A DNA stretch of 19,055 nucleotides from Candidatus Thorarchaeota archaeon (lineage in GTDB: Archaea; Asgardarchaeota; Thorarchaeia; Thorarchaeales; Thorarchaeaceae): contig JBHLRQ010000059.1 of the NCBI GenBank assembly GCA_048882385.1, forward strand, positions 1 through 19,055, given 5' to 3'. The translations under genes were made by a program, and so were the position numbers. How positions within the stretch are numbered: position 1 is the first letter of the stretch; each line of letters begins with the position of its first letter. The notes under the pieces were generated by a model. The model saw only the letters and a list, made by a program, of their open reading frames with translations, had not been told where the DNA came from and searched no databases. Positions 8,147 through 13,925 of this stretch are shown here, one piece after another.

Positions 8147-10285
8147 TCAGCGTTTGCGGTTCATTACAAAAATGCCTGCAATGATGACTACACTGGCTAC
8201 TCCAAGTGCTGCAGCAAGAGGTATTAGTAGATCCGTTAGGAAACTACTTGTGAACTGAACAACACCACCCACCTCAACATTCATTCCCCAATCGTACGCT
8301 CTAATCCATAATGTCAGGTTTGATTCATAATCAAGTGGTTCTAAAACCACAGACCAATTTGTGCTTACATTTGAACATAGATACTTGTGAATAGGTCCAC
8401 CATCCACTTGTACGAAGAGAGTGACATTCTCAATTCCAGATAGATCATCTGTGACATCAGCCCAGTAAAGAAAATCTTGGGCTCCAATATTCTCAGGAAT
8501 AGTACCCCAGTCATTGATTGTTGGAGGTGTTGTATCTAAGATAGAAGAATACACACGTCGAATCCAACCTTTTGCATCTAAGAGTGCATCATATGCCGCC
8601 ATCCAATCCATTTGATTATAGAATTCTCGTGCTGCATTGAAAGCTTCAGCAGCTCTCTGTTCTGCGAGGTCAGTTTCAGGTCTATCGTAGAGGGTTTGTG
8701 GTCGATGAAGCAATTCATCCCAAAGTAATGCCTCCATTTGGTCAAGGTATGTTCCTTGCACCCAGTTCTTATCAAAGGTGGATGTTCCATTATGGACCGC
8801 AAAGTAACCCATGGGACTCCATGAGAAATCACTGGAATATCGTTCATGCTGCCAAGAATGATGGAAGCCTATTGCATGCATTGTTTCATGGAGTTGAACC
8901 ACTGAAATACCATCCTTGGGAGTGACACCATCTGGGCGATAATATCGTTCCCAAGATTTCCAAATGACAGTCTGTCCATTGCCTCCAAGCCCAGTATAAG
9001 TCCCTCCTGCATGCATCTCCATTTGTTTCTTGATGAATATTACACCAAAAACATTGATGTTATCATCATCCGCAACGTACTGAGGTCTCATGACATCATA
9101 GATAGCATCAAACATTGGATACCCCTCAGCTACTGTCGTACCATCTGGTTCAATGGTAGCATACATCCAGAACAATGATGACCAAGCTGACTCCTCACTG
9201 ATATCTAGGAATTCAATATCAACTGTCCAATCGATAAACGGATAGAGTTCTGTCAAGTGTGCTCTCTGCATCTCAGCATCTGTAATCCACCTTAGACTCT
9301 CGACTGAAATACCAGCATCAACATCCATGCAGAAAACCAACCCCTTTAGCGTTCCAGATTGTACATAACTTGCTGGTTGATGTTGATATGGAAAGAAGAG
9401 TTGGTTAATTGGATCCCATACACATTCGTGCAGGTAGACATTCAGCGCATCAACATCTGCAGGGATGGCTAGGTTGAGAGAAGCGACTTTGTCTTCGAGA
9501 TCTTCTGTCCAGAAATCATACTCCGTTAAAAATTGCTCACTCCACCATATTCGGCACCATCTCAAATACCATTGATGAGCACTCGGGTCCACCACGTATA
9601 TGTTGTAGCGACCCCCAAAGAAAGGATAGTCCATCGTAACATCTGTGTTGAGAGCATTGTCCCATTCCAACCGAAACCAGTCCTGCTTCTCGCCGGTATC
9701 GGGATCTTCGGGATGATAGTCATACCAATGCTCAAGACTATGGTCCAGAGAGTCAAATACTGAAAAGTTCACTAAATAGAGAGTGTAGCCCAAATCAGGT
9801 TTCACAGTAAAGGGGTTCTCTACAAGCCAATCCTCAACTGCATATGCATCAATCGCTCTTCCGCTACGTGGATAGAAGATCCTCTGAGGTTCATCCAAGT
9901 GACTCTTTTGATACGAAAGAGCGGTCTCATTTAAGCGAGTTCCAGTATCAGTACCATTGATAGAATTATCAAGCATAACTTGTTGTAGGTCATTCAAAAA
10001 TGTGGAATCAGCATATTCGATAGTATATTCGATGTTGTATGTTATATCAACAGATTCAGCAGAATAAAATCGAGTGGTTGGCAGTCCTGTGAGAAGGATA
10101 GTTTCATCAATCAATACAGGATTATAACCAACGACTACTATCTTGGCTGACCAATCGCGCTCAATTGAAGGAGTGTCTTGACTGAGAGTATTTGTTACAT
10201 TGGCATCTGTTGTAATTCTATCATTTGCCATTAGAGTAATGAAAAGTAAGAGAAATGCTATAGAAATGACAACAGCGCGACGCAT
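8147..10285 (-). CDS. Secreted, C-terminally membrane-anchored zinc metalloprotease (metzincin clan)
   Basis: HETMHAIGFHH (8890-8858) fits HExxHxxGxxH, with a downstream Met-turn-like SPMGY. N-terminal signal/anchor MRRAVVISIAFLLLFITLMA. A DTTPPTI-initiated Ig-like domain precedes a C-terminal TM with basic tail (MNRKR). Start moved from 10300 to ATG 10285 because GGGAG lies just upstream of it. Confidence 0.88.
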   Translation of the reverse strand: MRRAVVISIAFLLLFITLMANDRITTDANVTNTLSQDTPSIERDWSAKIVVVGYNPVLIDETILLTGLPTTRFYSAESVDITYNIEYTIEYADSTFLNDLQQVMLDNSINGTDTGTRLNETALSYQKSHLDEPQRIFYPRSGRAIDAYAVEDWLVENPFTVKPDLGYTLYLVNFSVFDSLDHSLEHWYDYHPEDPDTGEKQDWFRLEWDNALNTDVTMDYPFFGGRYNIYVVDPSAHQWYLRWCRIWWSEQFLTEYDFWTEDLEDKVASLNLAIPADVDALNVYLHECVWDPINQLFFPYQHQPASYVQSGTLKGLVFCMDVDAGISVESLRWITDAEMQRAHLTELYPFIDWTVDIEFLDISEESAWSSLFWMYATIEPDGTTVAEGYPMFDAIYDVMRPQYVADDDNINVFGVIFIKKQMEMHAGGTYTGLGGNGQTVIWKSWERYYRPDGVTPKDGISVVQLHETMHAIGFHHSWQHERYSSDFSWSPMGYFAVHNGTSTFDKNWVQGTYLDQMEALLWDELLHRPQTLYDRPETDLAEQRAAEAFNAAREFYNQMDWMAAYDALLDAKGWIRRVYSSILDTTPPTINDWGTIPENIGAQDFLYWADVTDDLSGIENVTLFVQVDGGPIHKYLCSNVSTNWSVVLEPLDYESNLTLWIRAYDWGMNVEVGGVVQFTSSFLTDLLIPLAAALGVASVVIIAGIFVMNRKR

Positions 10286-10371
10286 AGTTAAAACTCCCAT
10301 CTAATCCATATTAACAAACTGGTTCAAGTATTCGAATGGACTCGAACACCTTTAATGATTGGCGCGTTTCT

Positions 10372-10379
10372 AATATATA
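10372..10379 (-). promoter_or_regulatory. Putative TATA box for the metalloprotease gene
   Basis: TATATATT on the minus strand in the AT-rich divergent intergenic region, ~90 nt upstream of the ATG at 10285. Confidence 0.4.
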
Positions 10380-10387
10380 CACACATA

Positions 10388-10395
10388 TTATATTA
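10388..10395 (+). promoter_or_regulatory. Putative TATA box for the candidate ncRNA
   Basis: TTATATTA ends ~24 nt before the first base of the closing stem (10419-10421), which is typical archaeal TATA-to-TSS spacing. The BRE is weak. Confidence 0.5.
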
Positions 10396-10418
10396 ATAGC
10401 TAATAGTAAGTTGATATA

Positions 10419-10537
10419 GAGGCGTCGGCCAATTGAAGTTACATCGGTTCTCCTCGACAAGTCTTTGAGATTGTCGCACTCGTTTCCGCAGGCGAGTGCA
10501 GTGATGCATCGATCCCCATTTGCTTCGCCGACGCCTT
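10419..10537 (+). ncRNA. Candidate structured non-coding RNA of unknown family (~118 nt; orientation tentative)
   Basis: Closing stem AGGCGTCGGC (10420-10429) / GCCGACGCCT (10527-10536). Inner helices GAAGT/GCTTC (10435-10439/10522-10526) and ATCGGT/ATCGAT (10443-10448/10508-10513). Abutting hairpins CGACAA..TTGTCG (10455-10476) and GCACTCGTTT-CCGC-AGGCGAGTGC (10476-10499). It is a GC-rich island next to an AT-rich promoter region, with a TATA-like box upstream and a pyrimidine-rich tail downstream. Confidence 0.6.
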
Positions 10538-10559
10538 CTCCTCACCCATTTCTTCTGTT
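10537..10559 (+). terminator. Pyrimidine-rich tract, possible archaeal terminator of the candidate ncRNA
   Basis: TCTCCTCACCCATTTCTTCTGTT directly follows the closing stem. There is no long pure T run, so support is weak. Confidence 0.3.
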
Positions 10560-10621
10560 ATCGTCAATCAGTTACTCTTAAATCGCGGAGCAATTCCTCG
10601 CCAATGGCCGGAGACACCTTC

Positions 10622-12058
10622 ATGACACCTGCAAAGAAACCCACAATATCTGAAATCCTCGATATCAAATCAGTCGTGGTAATAGGAGTGTCTGCGAGCA
10701 TGGGATATTACTGGGCACACTCTATGTTACAGTGGGAGCACGATCTCAAGGTGTGGTTTGTTTCCAGGCGTGGAGGAGAAGTCCTGGGTCATACTATTCT
10801 TTCAAGCATCGAAGAAATCCCTGGGAAGATTGACTACGCCATAATTAGAGTTCCATATGGAGTAGTACCAGAAACTCTGAGGGAGTGTCACAAAAAAGGG
10901 ATACGTTGTGTTACAATATTCACTAGTGGATTTTCCGAACTCGGATCAGAAGAGGGAAAACAGAGAGAAATCGAAATCCGCGAGATACTTGATGAAACAG
11001 GGATGAGAGCATTCGGACCGAACTGTATGGGATTAATGTATCCAAAGATTGGGTTCGCGTTTATGCCTTCAATAAAAAGACGCTCTGGAGATGTTGGATT
11101 CCTATCCCAATCTGGCGGGGTAGCGATAACAACTTACACAGCTGGAGTAGAATCAGGCGTTGGTTTCAGCAAAGTGTTCAGTTTTGGAAACCAAGTGGAC
11201 ATCACACCACAAGAGCTGTTTGGTTATTTTTCAGAAGACAATGAAACTAAGGTAGTGGGAGCATACATCGAGGGGGCAAAGAATGGAAAAAGTGTCTTGG
11301 ACTCGATGAAACAACTCGCAATCAAAAAACCTCTTGTTGTTCTGAAAGGCGGTCGCTCAACAGAGGGAGCGCGTGCCGCATCGTCGCATACAGGAGCACT
11401 TGCTGGGAGCAGAGAGATATGGAATGCTGTCTTCCGACAAGCCAATGTTTTGACTGTTGACACTCTTGAAGATATGATTGCTACTCTCAGTGTTTTTTCC
11501 TTAAGCCCTAGACCTGCTTCAAGAAATGTCGGACTTGTTGCAATTAGTGGCGGGACCAGTGTAGTACTCACTGATCTCTGTATTGAAAAAGGATTGCACG
11601 TTCCAAGGACATCTGAAGATACGATCAAAAAACTCGATCCCCTAATTCTCGATGTGGGTACAGGTCTTGGCAATCCAATAGATCTTGCAGCAGATTACTA
11701 TCAGGACCAAACCACTTCAGAAGTGATTCGTCTAGCTGGGAGTGATCCAAATTTCGATTCACTAATTATAGGAGCAGATGTTCACAACATGTACCAAGCA
11801 GCCTCTATCATGGGGGCAGCTGATGTGCTAGTGGAATTCTGGAAAGTCATGGCAGATGCAGGCAGGAAAGTAGTGGAAAAAGAAAAGAAACCAGTTCTCG
11901 TCGCAATCCCTGAAGTGGCATATACAGAACAGAGAGCTGATGCTTGGAATGTTTTTGTCGAAAGTGGACTTCCAGTTTTTAGAAACATCAATGAGGCAGT
12001 AAGCGCACTTTCTCGAGTTTGCGATTACTATGAAAAGCAAGAGAACAGAGGTTTCTAA
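10622..12058 (+). CDS. NDP-forming acyl-CoA synthetase alpha subunit (AcdA-like, acetate--CoA ligase family), ~478 aa
   Basis: CoA-binding Rossmann start SVVVIGVS, GPNCMG, SQSGG, FSFGNQVD, phospho-His loop KGGRSTEGARAASSHTGALAG, ISGG and NPIDL motifs. Start moved to ATG 10622 because GGAGA lies at 10610-10614 and a TATA-like CTTAAAT at 10577-10583; ATG 10604 is an alternative. Substrate unknown. Confidence 0.88.
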   Translation: MTPAKKPTISEILDIKSVVVIGVSASMGYYWAHSMLQWEHDLKVWFVSRRGGEVLGHTILSSIEEIPGKIDYAIIRVPYGVVPETLRECHKKGIRCVTIFTSGFSELGSEEGKQREIEIREILDETGMRAFGPNCMGLMYPKIGFAFMPSIKRRSGDVGFLSQSGGVAITTYTAGVESGVGFSKVFSFGNQVDITPQELFGYFSEDNETKVVGAYIEGAKNGKSVLDSMKQLAIKKPLVVLKGGRSTEGARAASSHTGALAGSREIWNAVFRQANVLTVDTLEDMIATLSVFSLSPRPASRNVGLVAISGGTSVVLTDLCIEKGLHVPRTSEDTIKKLDPLILDVGTGLGNPIDLAADYYQDQTTSEVIRLAGSDPNFDSLIIGADVHNMYQAASIMGAADVLVEFWKVMADAGRKVVEKEKKPVLVAIPEVAYTEQRADAWNVFVESGLPVFRNINEAVSALSRVCDYYEKQENRGF

Positions 12059-12060
12059 TA

Positions 12061-12678
12061 TCAGACTTTGACAACCCAATTTACTAGCTCAACAGCCATT
12101 GGATTCTCCGACATCAATTGGTCTCTATACTCAGGATTTTTCAGTTTGATCCAGACATGCTGCATTTCAAAATCAAACCCGATTATCCTAATTGAAGCCT
12201 CCAGGGGAGATGGTCTAAACGCGATATATCCTAGAAGAAGAGAGAGGAACAAGATTACAACATATGAATACACCCACGGGCTTACGGGACGTCCAGCCCA
12301 ATAATCACTTCCAGCAAACATCAGAGCAAACACCGAGATACCAGAAATGACAGACGCGAGAAAGAGTGAGAGACCTCTCAATCTGAATTCAGCATCATCT
12401 GACATCTCATGGTCTTCACATACATCAACCAGAAAACTCTTGATTTCAGCATTTTCTAATCTACTCTTGCTTTTCCAATCGAATTGTGGATCCCAATGAG
12501 GTCTAAGCCAGACTTTTCTCCGAGGTGTAGTTGAGATGCGAGCATGTTTTTTTGCGGGAGCTCCACAAACTGGGCACGTTTTTGGAAACCTAACTCTATT
12601 GACCTTTGCTCGAACAATGGGATCATCAAAGAATTGCCGCTGTCTTGTAGCAGTCAGGTTCAACAACCTCAGATTCAA
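12061..12678 (-). CDS. Hypothetical membrane protein with CxxC...CxxH putative zinc finger and two TM helices
   Basis: CPVC and CEDH motifs, then hydrophobic segments GLSLFLASVISGISVFALMFAG and WVYSYVVILFLSLLLGYIAF. Start uncertain: no ATG, and the true start may be TTG/CTG at ~12657-12666 after GAGGT. Confidence 0.8.
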   Translation of the reverse strand: MNLRLLNLTATRQRQFFDDPIVRAKVNRVRFPKTCPVCGAPAKKHARISTTPRRKVWLRPHWDPQFDWKSKSRLENAEIKSFLVDVCEDHEMSDDAEFRLRGLSLFLASVISGISVFALMFAGSDYWAGRPVSPWVYSYVVILFLSLLLGYIAFRPSPLEASIRIIGFDFEMQHVWIKLKNPEYRDQLMSENPMAVELVNWVVKV

Positions 12679-12696
12679 TTATCAACAGAGTATCCT

Positions 12697-12704
12697 AATT
12701 TAAA
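12697..12704 (-). promoter_or_regulatory. Putative TATA box for the Zn-finger membrane protein gene
   Basis: TTTAAATT on the minus strand in the 52-nt gap between the LRR gene stop and this gene. Confidence 0.5.
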
Positions 12705-12730
12705 GTATCGAAGCAGGTAATATGGCAACA

Positions 12731-13864
12731 TTAGCTGGAGTACGCATTTTCAACAACAAACAAAATGTGTTTTTTCAAACTAGCAGATGCGCGTATTGGA
12801 TCATTACTAACACATTTTGCAATTGATTCAACTTCTTGTGTCTTAAGTTCAAATCCAAGGTCATCGAGGCTCTTTCTAATTTGGCCGAGTCCATCTCCAA
12901 AGTATTGCGTTCCTATACCAAGTGCTTCCAACATTTTGAAACCGTAGAAACTCAACCATAGTGAGTTCATTAGAGCAATGCTGCCTTTTGTTTGAACAAT
13001 AACATTCTCCATTTCCTGTTTCCTTGCTTCAACTATTTTGGGAATGAGCTTTGATGCGCGAGTCTTCTTCATACCTTCAATGTCGAGGAAGAGTGTTGAA
13101 CCACCGGTCTCAACCTGCTCATCAAGTAACTCAATAGCCCTTGAGAATATCGATTCTCGAGCAGTGGTGTAATCCATATCTTCGGAAGTATCATTCAATA
13201 AATTCCACGGGTCTCCATCATACCCTGCAAGCTCGTTTAATGAAAGAGCCATCAAGAAACCTCTCTGCAGAGCAAACCAATCACTCTCTGGTACCTGGTC
13301 CATGATAGTTCTGATCCGCTGATAAATCTCCGACCATTCTATCTTCTTTGCTAGAGTTTCGTAATTGATCCAAATTATCACTGGGGTTGCAGTCCACGGA
13401 GCTTTATCAGGACGCACAAGCAAGAATCTCTCCTTGAGCTGATGGTTAGTGAGAGAAAAGCGAAGGATGTGATCTGCAGAGATCACGACAGAGGAATCAA
13501 GCTCAATGTGAGCCCTAAGAAATATCGGTGTCAAGTCCAATCCAGGAAGACGGTTGTTCTTGAGATTCAGATGGCTCAGAGCTTTGCAGTTGGCAAGAGG
13601 CCACAAGTCGAGGGATGTTAGATGATTATTTTCAAGAATCAAAGTCATAATCGTTTGATTTTGAGACAATGGAGAGAAGTCAACACTCTCAAGCATGTTA
13701 CTACTCAAATTTAGGGTTTCCAACTGCGTGCATTTACTGACTTCTGATAGATCCACTTTCTGAGCAGCTCTCATTGTCAGATCGATCTTTCGGTCAGTAC
13801 ACTGGAAATTTCGCTCTTCCTGTCTACCAAGGTGACCCCAAGATTTGATGGTAATCTCTTTCAT
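12731..13864 (-). CDS. Leucine-rich repeat protein (3 clear 24-aa LRRs) with a helical C-terminal domain of unknown function, ~377 aa
   Basis: LETLNLSSNMLESVDFSPL / IMTLILENNHLTSLDLWPL / LSHLNLKNNRLPGLDLTPI match LxxLxLxxNxLxxLDLxPL with a 24-residue period. No signal peptide or TM. Start moved to ATG 13864 (AGGT upstream, TTTATCAA at 13900-13893) to avoid the 68-nt overlap with the upstream gene; ATG 13906 and 13891 are alternatives. Confidence 0.85.
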   Translation of the reverse strand: MKEITIKSWGHLGRQEERNFQCTDRKIDLTMRAAQKVDLSEVSKCTQLETLNLSSNMLESVDFSPLSQNQTIMTLILENNHLTSLDLWPLANCKALSHLNLKNNRLPGLDLTPIFLRAHIELDSSVVISADHILRFSLTNHQLKERFLLVRPDKAPWTATPVIIWINYETLAKKIEWSEIYQRIRTIMDQVPESDWFALQRGFLMALSLNELAGYDGDPWNLLNDTSEDMDYTTARESIFSRAIELLDEQVETGGSTLFLDIEGMKKTRASKLIPKIVEARKQEMENVIVQTKGSIALMNSLWLSFYGFKMLEALGIGTQYFGDGLGQIRKSLDDLGFELKTQEVESIAKCVSNDPIRASASLKKHILFVVENAYSS

Positions 13865-13925
13865 TTGCTTATCGACCTGACTGGAAAGCATTTTGATAAA
13901 GGGCATATTGACATTTCGGCAATCC

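Noticed and set aside
10338-10347. tRNA T-loop-like GTTCGAGTCC on the minus strand
   Set aside because: There is no T-stem, D-arm, anticodon arm or acceptor stem around it, so it is not a tRNA or a recognisable att site.
10412-10445. TAGAGGCG start resembling a lysine riboswitch
   Set aside because: The element is too short and lacks the long P2/P3 kissing arms and other conserved segments. The G-rich start is explained by the closing stem.
10420-10536. 5S rRNA or MITE interpretation of the structured element
   Set aside because: The size fits 5S, but the conserved loop C CCGAAC motif and helix layout are absent. For a MITE, I see no target-site duplication or second copy in the window, although copies elsewhere cannot be excluded.
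10520-10621. N-terminal extension of the acyl-CoA synthetase from TTG 10520 in the ORF track
   Set aside because: It overlaps the closing stem of the candidate RNA and does not resemble the family. A TATA-like element and GGAGA SD point to ATG 10622 (or 10604).
12056-12063. Convergent stops only 2 nt apart with no terminator hairpin
   Set aside because: This is common in compact archaeal genomes and is not evidence of a special mechanism.
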